Part shown: piece after piece, positions 1 to 9,900 of the stretch
How positions within the stretch are numbered: the first letter of the stretch is position 1
Layout: each line of letters opens with the position of its first letter
From: Curvularia clavata
Taxonomy: Eukaryota
Length of the DNA stretch: 20,000 nt
NCBI GenBank assembly: GCA_023920165.1
Contig: CP089277.1
Coordinates: forward strand, 4,388,497-4,408,496
Direction: 5' to 3'
Made by a program: the position numbers and the translations under genes
The notes under the pieces: model-generated
What the model was told of the DNA's origin: nothing
Databases searched by the model: none
What the model saw: the letters and a program-made list of their open reading frames with translations, nothing else

Positions 1-1360
1 TGTGGAATTCGCATTTCCCTGGCTGCAGATATAGCTTGTATTCCTTGAGCTTTCTGAGCACTTTCTTGACATGTTCGATGTGTTCTTCGAGCGTTCCCTT
101 GGAGTACACTAGTACATCGTCCAAGTAAGCTGTTGCGAAGACACCAAGGTATTCGTGGAGAGCGTTGTTGATGACTGATTGAAAGGTCGCCGGCGCATTC
201 GTTAGGCCGAACGGCATGACCGTATACTCGAACAGTCCATACTTCGTCTTGAACGCTGTTTTCCATTCGTCTCCTTCCTTGATCCTGATCCGATAAAATC
301 CTTCTCGGACATCGAACTTCGTGAACCACTTGGCTCCCTGGAGTCGATCCATGAGCTCTGTTATGAGTGGTAGTGGGTACCGATTCTTTCGGGTTACCGC
401 GTTCAACCTTCGGTAATCGACACATAGTCGCCATTTTCCGTTAGGTTTCTTTACGAACAATATGGGTGAGGCCATCGGGCCTGACCCCGGTCTGATGAAT
501 CCTTTCTTAAGATTCTTCCGGAGGTATTCCTTGAGCTCGGCGTCGTGCTCGGGCGATATAGGATACATGCCTCCTGGCGTCAACTTTGCTCCATCCTCGA
601 GGATGATCTCGTGATCCCAATCCTGATGTTCTGCTAAGTCTGTTGCCTCGTTTTCTTCGAATAGTTCCTTGAACTCATTCGTTCTGTATTCTTTAGGAAT
701 GTCCAACAATACGTCTTTGGGCTTTTCCTGGGGTAAGGGTCTGTCCTTCTTGGGCACGACTCGTCTTAACCAAATGACTCCTACTTGCTGAGGGTCCTTC
801 GCATAGATTCTCGCGATCTTATGCGGTGAGATCTTGCCGAATCTCCCATCCCGGGTTGTGCACTGATTCGTCGGGCGTATCTCATGTCGTACTCCAGCAA
901 CCCTTTTCGCAGGTTCTCGGCTGAGTATCGTTCTGTTTCGCCAGTCGATGGCGGGGTTATGGGCATCCAGCCAGTCATAACCGATCAATAGATCCGTTTC
1001 TCCTAGATCCATAATGCTAATGCTCATTTGACTCTTGGTATCGGACACCTCCAGTGTCACCAGTTCTGTCTCGAGCCTTATCGTGCCTTTGCCGTATGCT
1101 ACGGGCGTTTCTTCGGCCGATATTACCTGTAGCGGACGCTTCTTGCTCCGGTATGGTATTTCGTACTTCTCTACCACTCGGGGTGAGATCATTGTTCGTG
1201 CGGCACCGCTGTCTACGATTGCCTGTAATTTGTGTCCCTGTACATACACGGTCGTTACCAATTCCTTTGGGCGATCATCGGTGTAATGTACTCGTCTTAG
1301 GGTCGTTTTAGGACTGCCTTTACCAGCGTGACCCTGTCCCTGGTGGCATCCTAGTTTTTT
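1..1360 (-). CDS. pol: Pol polyprotein of element A (aspartic protease + reverse transcriptase), partial, expressed by -1 frameshift
   Basis: Manual translation: protease motif AIVDSGAARTMISP (~1190-1230); RT motifs RLCVDYRRLN, YTVMPFGLTNAPATFQ and YLDD (116-127). Absent from the ORF track because it runs off the window. Confidence 0.93.
1309..1360 (-). promoter_or_regulatory. -1 ribosomal frameshift signal of element A
   Basis: A_AAA_AAC heptamer (1360-1354) immediately before the gag TAG; the -1 frame opens into the protease; followed by an imperfect stem-loop TAGGATGCC-ACCAG...CTGGT-AAA-GGCAGTCCTA (1353-1309). Confidence 0.8.
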
Positions 1361-3441
1361 GACGGTCCCCTGGACCCAAGCTTCTTTCCCTTTCTTTTCC
1401 GCGGAAAGTAGCCATGGTTCTGTTTTGCGTCCAGGTGGATTCTGCAGTTGTCGTCTGTGCAGAAGGTCCAGTGTTCGTTTGGGTGGGGGATCATTTCTTC
1501 CAGCGTCTCTGGCAGGTTGATCTCCTTTGTCCCGTGCATCCTGCACTTGATCGTCCGGCATTCCTTAGCCGCGATCGTGCCGTGCAGATGGTGATCTGCA
1601 TGTCTTGCCGCGATTCTCTGTTCTCGGTGGAATCGGCATTTCTCTATGCAGTTGATCCAGCAGAGCTGCTCGTGAGCTCGTTGATGTTCTTCCTTGTGGA
1701 TGTGGCAATCCAGCATGGGGCAGTCGTTTGCCCATAGATGCTTGTGATTAGGATCATGCTCGTCCAACTTGCATTGTTCTTTAGCATCTGAGTGGAACAT
1801 ACAAAACCTCCTTTTGCATTCGTTCCAGGCGATCATTTCGTGATCGTCGTGTTGCTTCCATGGTGCGTGGATGGTGCAATCCAATACCTTGCATGCTTCA
1901 CTTCTTAAGTGTGCGTGGCAACATTCTTCTGCGTCGTACTGGGACAGTCTCGATTCTTCGGCATGGAACTCGCAGTAGTCTATACTGTCGCATTCGATCC
2001 AGTGCAGCTTTCTATGTTCGTCTTCGCGGTCGTTTTCTGGTTCCGGTAGCTCGTCCTTAAAGTACGGTTGTTCCTGGGCTGCCTGGGCAAGTACTTCCCT
2101 GGCCATCGGCCCTGTGACTGCAATTCTTCTTCCTCGAAGTGGGCAGCCATTGCCGTGGTGTGCTGGGTCTCCGCACATCCAGCATAAGTTTTGTGCGATC
2201 CGACGCTGGGCATCTGTGTCCTTCACGATCCAGTCGGATGGCTGTGGTGGTTCCCATTTCATGTGTTTGTCCGCTCTGACGAGCTCCGGGACAATCACAT
2301 AATCCGTGTTCTCAGCTAGACGTGCTTCGTCGTAGAGGTCTAGATCGCTGAGGTCGTCGTCGGAGGGTAGTGTAGATGGCTGTGACTTCAGCATCCTGAT
2401 CTTTACTACTGCCTGCTTGACTTCGTTCTTCGGGCAGTCTCTGCGGAAGTGTCCTACTTCGCCGCATCGGAGACATGCTTTGTTGTCATAACGCTTCTGG
2501 CGTTCTTCCTTGGAAAGGCCGTCCTGGCCCTTTCCTCGGGGTTTCTTGTCTCTGGTCTTTTCTTGTACTTTTCCCGTCATGATTGTATCGCCGTCCTTGT
2601 CTCGGTTGTTGCGTTGTTTCTTGGTGTTAGCCATGTTGGGTCGAAATTGCCGTTTCTTTTGTTCGTTTCGTTCCCAGATCCTATTGTCGATTCGCGTGGC
2701 CAGCTCAATCAGAGCTTGTAACGTTTCTGGCTTATCATGGTGTACTAGACCGTCTTTGACAATTTCCTTCAGACCGTCTTCGAATACCGTTCGAAGAGCT
2801 GCGTCGTCCCAATCAATTCGCGCTTGTAGCTGCTTAAACTCAGCTGTGTAAGCCGAAACGGACGTGGTCTGCTTCAGGCGTGTGATCGCTTTCTCTGCTT
2901 GGTTCTTGGCGTCGACCTCTCCGAAGACACGTCCCATTTCATCCTTGAAGTTGTTCCAACTTGCGAATAGGGCCTTGGTTTCTTCCTTGGTCCCTTTGGT
3001 CTTTATTGACGATAGGTAGTCCTCCACATATGGTTGGACCCAGTTAGCCGCTTTTCCTTTCATATGCGTACTGGCCATGAGGATCTTTTCCTGATCACTA
3101 GGTACCTCGTTGAATTCGCAGTATAGGTCGATGGTGGTGAGGAACGTTCGTAGGTCGTTACGGTTTCCGTCATACTTTTCGGGAGTTGCCATCTTAGGTT
3201 TCTTGACAACCTTTTCGTTTGGCGTAGCCATCAGCTGACTCATAAGCTGATTAACCATATTCTGCATTTCGATCATCTGCTGTGCCTGAGCCTGGTGCTC
3301 GCGTCTGAGATTGGCAAGTTCCCACTCAGGAGTCCCTGGGGCATGCTCGTTGCCCACTCCCTGGGTGCTTCCGGCCATGTTGATGTCCTGTGCGGGAGCC
3401 GGTCCCTGGACGTTGACATACTCGTTGGAGTTGCGTGACAT
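1351..3441 (-). CDS. gag: Gag protein of element A, 696 aa, with two CCHC knuckles and a C-terminal His/Cys repeat array
   Basis: Retrotransposon capsid-like region (PEKYDGNRNDLRTFL, LKQTTSVSAYTAEF); knuckles CLRCGEVGHFRRDC (2434-2475) and CWMCGDPAHHGNGC (2143-2184); lies between the LTR and pol. Confidence 0.93.
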   Translation of the reverse strand: MSRNSNEYVNVQGPAPAQDINMAGSTQGVGNEHAPGTPEWELANLRREHQAQAQQMIEMQNMVNQLMSQLMATPNEKVVKKPKMATPEKYDGNRNDLRTFLTTIDLYCEFNEVPSDQEKILMASTHMKGKAANWVQPYVEDYLSSIKTKGTKEETKALFASWNNFKDEMGRVFGEVDAKNQAEKAITRLKQTTSVSAYTAEFKQLQARIDWDDAALRTVFEDGLKEIVKDGLVHHDKPETLQALIELATRIDNRIWERNEQKKRQFRPNMANTKKQRNNRDKDGDTIMTGKVQEKTRDKKPRGKGQDGLSKEERQKRYDNKACLRCGEVGHFRRDCPKNEVKQAVVKIRMLKSQPSTLPSDDDLSDLDLYDEARLAENTDYVIVPELVRADKHMKWEPPQPSDWIVKDTDAQRRIAQNLCWMCGDPAHHGNGCPLRGRRIAVTGPMAREVLAQAAQEQPYFKDELPEPENDREDEHRKLHWIECDSIDYCEFHAEESRLSQYDAEECCHAHLRSEACKVLDCTIHAPWKQHDDHEMIAWNECKRRFCMFHSDAKEQCKLDEHDPNHKHLWANDCPMLDCHIHKEEHQRAHEQLCWINCIEKCRFHREQRIAARHADHHLHGTIAAKECRTIKCRMHGTKEINLPETLEEMIPHPNEHWTFCTDDNCRIHLDAKQNHGYFPRKRKGKKLGSRGPSKN

Positions 3442-3492
3442 GGTGATATCTCAATCGGACGCTTGGTGTTAAACCGCTTACCGAATCCGTGG

Positions 3493-3500
3493 GTGGTCAA
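3493..3500 (-). promoter_or_regulatory. Putative self-priming primer-binding site of element A
   Basis: TTGACCAC (minus strand) lies 2 nt inside the LTR end and is complementary to GTGGTCAA (minus, 3729-3722) in the LTR, about 30 nt downstream of TATAAG (3765-3760). Confidence 0.65.
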
Positions 3501-3502
3501 AG

Positions 3503-4009
3503 TGTTACACGGGGTCCTACTGGTTAGTTGGGAATATACTTACCTAGCCTAGATTCCGGGTTAGGGCGAGGCCAGTTTCTATGAAGTATACCGTGAGGTA
3601 GTTGTCTGGCGATTCGGTGGTAGGGATTAACGGAAGATAGACAAAACCAATCCTATTGGAAGATAGAATAACTAGTATCAATCTGAGTATGAAAGGTAAC
3701 TATGAAAGATACTTTGCTGAGTTGACCACAACGAGTGTAATAATGAAATCCAACACATTCTTATACCCATTGCTTCCGGTCCTGTCCTCACTGTCCTCAC
3801 GGAATAACCCCTGTGTTCTCTGAAGTCCCTGAAGTCACTTTGGTCACGTGTGAGCGTGTCCTCACATACTAGCGTGGTTTCCCGGTCTTGGCCTGAGGCC
3901 AGTCATGTGATCGCCCTTCCGCGGGGATCATTACCTTCTGACGTGTCGCCCAATGGTCTCCTACCTGCGGCCATCGTCAAGGAGAGATCCTTCTTTGTTA
4001 CTTGTAACA
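3503..4009 (-). repeat. 5' LTR of element A (507 bp)
   Basis: Bounded by the 7-bp inverted repeat TGTTACA...TGTAACA, 61 bp upstream of the gag ATG, with an abrupt switch to AT-rich DNA at 4010. The second LTR is not in the window. Confidence 0.8.
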
Positions 4010-4531
4010 TATAAGTCTAGCTAGAGATACGCTAGTTATAGGCGTTATTATATGTTCTGCGCCGAACTTTTAGGATAATTACTATATAACAATGCGACAA
4101 GAATATAGGACTGTTTAAAGGATGAAGTTTTAATAGAATATATCCTATTCGTCTAGCTAGTTAGTATAGTTACTTTTATTAGATAATGGATTCATTGGCT
4201 AACTAAGATAGACAGGGAAGAGTACATATATGTTAGCTATCCGGGTGGCTGGGCCCAGCCACCTGAGTTTTTCCCTTATACATCTTTTAATAACTTTGAT
4301 AATCCCACGTCGTGGCTGAGGGCGACTGTGGCTGTGGCGATACAATAAGCCAAGTGAAAACGCTTTTTAAGCCCCTTCTAGAGCTGCAAGGCTAAATAAG
4401 TTGTCTATCCTACTTTATAGCTTATATAGTTTTAATATGAGTAGCTCTTTCAATACAAATAACGTTAGTTTTACTTTATAGTCACTCTTTATTAAAATAT
4501 GGCTTTGTAATAGCTCTTCCAAATCTGCTTA

Positions 4532-5151
4532 CTAGGCATGCCTGTTTAACAACCACTTCACAAGCTTAGCTATCGGCCCGCCGTTTAGCCTCTATTCGCA
4601 AGACCTACTACCCGCGTGCTGGAAGAGTCCTGAAAGCTTCGAAAACGTAGTGTCGCATTCTGGACACCTAAATAGATAAACCGCGCTATCGTACTCTTCC
4701 TCCAAATTATAATAGCGAAGGAGGTCGTCACGGTACTCCTCGTCGAGGAACTTCTGCCACTAATAGCACATTGCAGCTGACTCGTTCAAGTCAAGAACAT
4801 CAATACCAGACGTACACGTCCCAGACTCTAGATGAATTATCATCCCAAAATAAGTAGTAAAGGATCGAGTATAACTATAGCATTCGACAGAACGCTCTAG
4901 GTGCACCAGCTTGTGCTACTAACTATTCGTTAGAGCAAGGAATGAATCAGGGTACGTACAGAACGTTCAAAAACAGTAATACCTACATGTCGCAGATTGC
5001 TGAGGCTATCAAAGTGACGCTCGCATATCGTACACACATTATCATCCCTTAAATGGTCCTTGTACGCTTGGCTATCCGGTATCCACCACCCACTATCGTT
5101 ACAACCGTCGCACATAACCCTATCATATATCCCCAGCGGAACTAGGGTCAA
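4532..5151 (-). pseudogene. RIP-damaged fungal C2H2 zinc-finger protein gene (5' end uncertain)
   Basis: CTICERHFDSLSNLRH|HKLVH is joined across a phase-0 intron 4986-4916 (GTAGGT, CTAAC, TAG); continues with IIHLESGTCTSG and FRCPECDTTFSKLSGLFQH; in-frame TAG at 4760-4762 and 4592-4594; final stop 4532-4534. Confidence 0.8.
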
Positions 5152-5387
5152 AATCGACCCAAGTTCCCAATTTCTTGGCGAGTTTACTGATGCTAGTTCT
5201 GCAGAATCAAGAGTGAGTGCAGAACTAGCATCGGAACAGTATTCAAAATATATGCAACTTCTATCACAGATGCAAAAAACCCGTGCCAGTTCAACAAACT
5301 ACTTTTCATGATTATAAGATAACTGTAGCGCGAGATATTTGATGAAATGTGATGAAGAGTTGGTGTTCGCTGATGTGGCCCGTGCCC

Positions 5388-5444
5388 TAGGGTAGGGTAG
5401 GGTTAGGGCTTAACCCCAAGTTAACCCCAACCCCAGAATTAGGG
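5388..5444 (+). repeat. Degenerate interstitial telomere-like tract
   Basis: (TAGGG)3 TTAGGG at 5388-5408, then TAACCCC/AACCCC units, then TTAGGG at 5439-5444. Confidence 0.75.
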
Positions 5445-5448
5445 TTTT

Positions 5449-5719
5449 TGTAACGGCGCGAGCAAGACTAGTCGAATCGGTTCCGGTGGGAAGTGTCACT
5501 CAAATGCATATGGAAGTGCGTGGGACAGCAGAAACACCTTGGATTCGGTAGACACTCATAGGCCTGGTACGAAAGGATATCAAAAATCTACCGAACATCT
5601 ATGGAAGGTACCTGGTACTTATACCTGGGTGCGGGTCTTCATCGGGTCTGACCCGGCTCTCAATCGGATCTTGATAAGCTGCCCTGGCTGGGGTATGTTT
5701 TGGTCTATGCATGGTTACA
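5449..5719 (-). repeat. 3' LTR of element B
   Basis: TGTAAC...GTTACA termini; direct repeat of 12374-12644. Confidence 0.97.
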
Positions 5720-5733
5720 TTACCCCCCCTCCC
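5720..5733 (-). promoter_or_regulatory. Polypurine tract of element B
   Basis: GGGAGGGGGGGTAA on the minus strand abutting the 3' LTR. Confidence 0.9.
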
Positions 5734-6204
5734 GGTAGACAGCTGGTCCCACAGCTGTCTGTTCCGGTTGTCATTCTTCTTCCCTGCACCATGGGGTCCC
5801 TCGTTCCTGATTTCCCCCAGATTTTCCCCACACTGCGCCACTTCGGGCAATAGGATGCTCCGGTTCCGGTGTGGCTCCCGTGGCCGTGCATGTCCTTCAC
5901 TTGAGCCTCTGTGCCTGAGCCTCAGTGACCATTCCGGTACTCACGTGGCGCTGCTGCCTTGCTGCCTGGCCGCTAGGCCGTTTGCCTTCACCTGCCAGAC
6001 AGGCCTGGACGCTTCGATCGGAGCTCCGAGTCGCCGGCGATTCGTTTGTAGTCAGGGTCCAACGGCTATCCAGGTCACGTGTGCCAAGACTGTTTGCTCC
6101 CCCAGTGTGTATATCAACAACAACACAGTGTCGCCGCCGAGTTTTCTCCTCCACGCTTCTCAATCAAAACAAGTCAATTACAACTCAACGCACTCGTTTT
6201 CGCT

Positions 6205-6872
6205 ATGCCTCTTCGTTGTCCGCCCGGTGCGCTGCCGGATGCGTATCGCTTCATCTGTCTGCGAGCTGTCCGCGCCTTGGCGCGCCGTCAGTTCGACATT
6301 GCTTACGCCTACCCGTCCGATTCCTCCAAGAAGTGTCTTTATTGCACCCAGCAGAAGGAGAAGTGCGATCCTGTAAGTTTGCTTCTCTTTTCCTTCACTG
6401 TTTGCAGCTTGGCTAACCCGGATAGGTTCCCGAGTACGTCTTCGAGGAGTTTCACGATTTGATCGATGCCATCGAGTTGTGTGCCATCGCTCGGTATGGC
6501 CCTGCAGTTGATGCCGATACGGAGGTATTGCTTGATCGAATCGCTGCCGCCGCTTTGGACATCGCCCGCAAGGTCCAAGTTGTCAGGTCCCAGGAGAAGG
6601 AGCTTTCAGTCAATCAGCTCCTCGTCGCCCAGAACCAGGTCCTGAGGGACATCCGAGACAGCATCTCGGAGTTGGTCGATACAGTCAATGGCATGGAAAG
6701 GCGCCTTTCGCGTCTTGAGGCCAGGTCGGCTCGGGGTGGCGCCCGGGTCGGCCCTCGGGTCGAGGAGTCGGAGGAATGGTCTGGTTTGTCCTCCTCCTCA
6801 GAGGAGGACAAGGGTGCGGTTGACCAGGAGATGGCCGACGCTGAGCAGGAGCGCTCTGATGTTGAACTTTGA
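6205..6872 (+). CDS. Antisense two-exon accessory gene inside element B (exons 6205-6372 and 6426-6872; 204 aa; Cys motif, coiled coil, acidic tail)
   Basis: 53-nt intron with GTAAGT donor (6373), GCTAAC branch site (6412-6417) and TAG acceptor (6423-6425); splicing joins track ORFs 6079..6462 and 6459..6872 in frame (KCLYCTQQKEKCDP|VPEYVFEEF); CT/CA-rich leader before the ATG. Confidence 0.82.
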
Positions 6873-6970
6873 GTGAGGTGACATTTTGGGGGTTTGTTGG
6901 TGGTTGTGGGGTTCGGGTCCGAGTTTCCTTTGTTACTGATACCCAATGAAGTTTCTGTTTTTCCTTTTCT

Positions 6971-9900
6971 TTAAATTTTGTCATCCTGCAGTGAAGTCAT
7001 ATCCTCTGTGCCTTGTTCCCATGCCGTGATCCACTTGCCAAGGGAACGTGGGGGTCCCGGTTTGGTGGGATGTTGTTCATGGAAGAGTTTGAGCTTGTGT
7101 GGGGCTCCCATGAAGTTTGAGGCTGGGTACCAGGTAGGATCCGGGTCATGTCCGACCCACCGTACTTGGTATTTTAGGTTTGAGCGGTACAACTTGCTTG
7201 CTAGGATTTCTTCTACCTCCCATTCTTCCACGCCTTGGATGGGAGTTGCTGGGGGCTTTGGAGGTTCTTGTCCTGGGAGGGGGTCTTGAGGATCTTTGCA
7301 TAATAGATCCGGGGCGAAGACATCATGGATCCGGGACCTTTTCGGAAGGTCCAAGCGGTATGAATGTCCTACCTTCTCAAGTACCCTGAAGGGTCCCTCC
7401 CATTTGGAGGATAGCTTCCTACTCGGACGGTCTGACGCGAGGTTCCGGGTACTTAGGAAGACCATGTCTCCCACATCCCAGTCAACAGAACGACGATGGC
7501 GGTTGACTGTGGTTCGCATCCTGTCCTGGGCTTTCTCCATTTGTTCCTTAGCTACCTTCCATGCGTCGTGCATGCGGGTAGCCATTTCCAATGCATCCTT
7601 ATGGTTGAGTTTGTCAGTGGGGGTGAGAAGGCTGGTGGAATGTTTCCAGTCCCAACTCTGCCGGGGTTCGGAACCATATAGGATGTGGTACGGGGACATG
7701 CCAATGGAAGAATGTGGTAGGGAAATTTGAGCACGATCGATCAAAGGTAGAAGTCCACTCCAGTTGTCTTGGTAGTAGGATACGAATGGGCGCAACCTCT
7801 GATCGATGTACTTATTCATAATCTCTGTCTGACCATCCGTTTCTTTGTGGTAGGCGGTTGACAGCTTGACCTTAACGCCTAGGATTCGGCAGAATTCCGA
7901 CCAGAAGCTTGAAATGAACTGTGGTCCTCGGTCAGAGACTATGGTTTCAGGTGTGTGGCCAAATCGGTACACCCATTGAACGAATAGGTCGGCCATTCCC
8001 CTTGCATCAATAGTCTTGTGGCAGGGGATGGAGATGGCCTGCTTAGATAACCGGTCGATCACGACCATGATCATGTCGTAACCGGATCGGTCTCGGGGAA
8101 ATTCCTTAAAGTCGATGCACAGGTGCTGCATCGGCCGGTCAGGAATTGGCAAAGGATGAATCATCCCTGGAATTCGGGTCTGTCTAGGATGGGCCTTCCT
8201 ACAGGCTATGCAATTCCGCACATACCTTTTACAGGTGGATTCCATACCCTTCCAGTGGTACTTCTGGGACAGTAGTTGGTAGGTCTTCTTTGCACTGGGG
8301 TGCGCTGAGGATACCTGGTCGTGTACTTCCCGAATGAGGCGAGTCACAAGGGTAGAGGTGGAAGGAATGCATAGGCGGTTGGAATAGAGCAGGAGTCCGT
8401 TTTCGATCCGGTATCTGTCCGGAAGGGACCTTCGCTCTGCCCCAAACGAGGCTCGGTTCTCTTGTAGGATAGACTCGATCAGCTCCAGCGAATCGAGGGA
8501 CATCGGCTCCGATATGGGCTCAACTACAAGTAAGGAGAAAGATTCCGCTTGGAGTTGGGCTACATAGGTCTTAGCAAGTTCGGAGTTGATTCGGTTGTCA
8601 AGTCGGTGCGGTCCCAGGAGGACCCGCGAACGGTTGTCAATTTGGGCTGTCTTCAGATTCCCCACATCTTGCTCCCGTCGGGAGAGGATGTCAGCACGAG
8701 CATTATCCTTTCCGGGGGTGTATCGGATGTGGAAATTGAAGGATGCCAACTCTTCCGCCCATCGCACCTGGCGGGCATTCAGAACTTTGGTAGTCATGAA
8801 GTATTCAAGGGAACGGTGGTCTGAGTACACGTCGACACGAGAGCGTACCGACAGCAGTTCAGGTCGCCACTTGCTAAACGCCGTTACGATGGCGAATAGT
8901 TCTTTGTCGTGTATTTCCCAGTTCAGCTCAGACCCGGATAGGACCTTGCTGAAGAATGCTACAGGACACCAATTTCCATTTGGCTGCTTTTGGGAAAGAA
9001 CGCCTGCCACAACGCCATCGGACGCGTCGGTCTCCACCTTGGTATCATACTCTGGATGGTAGTGGTACAAGGTGGGAATTGCCAGCAGTGCAGATTTTAA
9101 CCTTTCAAAGGCTTGGTCGCACTCCGAATCCCATACGAATGGTCTTGAGGGGCTCTGGAGGGCGAGGAGAGGTTTCGCAATTCGCGAGTATTCAGGAACG
9201 AACTGCCTGTAGAACCCAGTGAACCCTAGGAACGACTTCACACCAGTAACGGTGGTAGGTCGGACCCAATCTTGAAGGGCTTCCACCTTGTCAGGGTCCA
9301 CCTCTAGACCTTGGTTGGTCAAAATGTACCCTAGGTATTTGGTCCGAGTGACATGGAATTCGCTTTTCTTGATGTCAACTTGGAGACCGGCTTGCCTAAG
9401 CCTTTCCAAGACCTGTTGTACGTGGCGGGGGTGGTCCGGTTCCGATTCGGAGTAGATCAAAATGTCGTCTAGGTAGACTATGCAGAAGCTGTCTAGATAA
9501 TCAATCAACACATCATTCATGTAGCGTTGATATGTTGCAGGGCCGTTGCATAATCCAAAAGGCAACACTTTGGACTTGTAGGTTCCGTATCTAGTGCGGA
9601 ACGTGGTGTACTCCTCCGAGTCGGGGTGCATTCGGATCTTGTTGAATGCCGCACGTATGTCGAGCTTGGTGAAGATTTTCGCCTTGTGGGTGCGGGCTAG
9701 AAGCTCGTCAATGCGTGGTATCGGATACGCATCCTTTCTGGTGATTGCGTTGAGTCGGCGGTAATCTACACAGATGCGAATGTCTCCGTTTGGCTTCCGA
9801 ACACAAAGGACTGGGGAGGCGAAGGGGCAGTGGCTTGGGTCAATGTGTCCTTTCCTAAGGTTTTCCATTACGAACGTCTTGGTGGCTTCGAGTTCTTCAG

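Larger units (their letters stand above)
1..4009 (-). mobile_element. Ty3/gypsy LTR retrotransposon A (5' portion; continues beyond the left window edge)
   Basis: 5' LTR 3503-4009, gag 3441-1351, and a -1 frame pol with protease then RT, open to base 1. Predicted target-site duplication is TATAA (4010-4014); its partner lies outside the window. Confidence 0.95.

Noticed and set aside
781..3500. Short ORFs overlapping gag/pol of element A
   Set aside because: Shadow frames of the real genes with no independent motifs.
5539..6416. Track ORFs 5539..5853, 5599..5850, 5711..6376, 5897..6163, 5925..6416, and 12464..12658 in the other LTR
   Set aside because: They span LTR/PPT or GC-rich leader sequence, mostly lack ATG starts or motifs, and the spliced model explains the coding signal better.
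6205..6872. env-like gene in element B
   Set aside because: Antisense to gag-pol, with no evident signal peptide or transmembrane segment.
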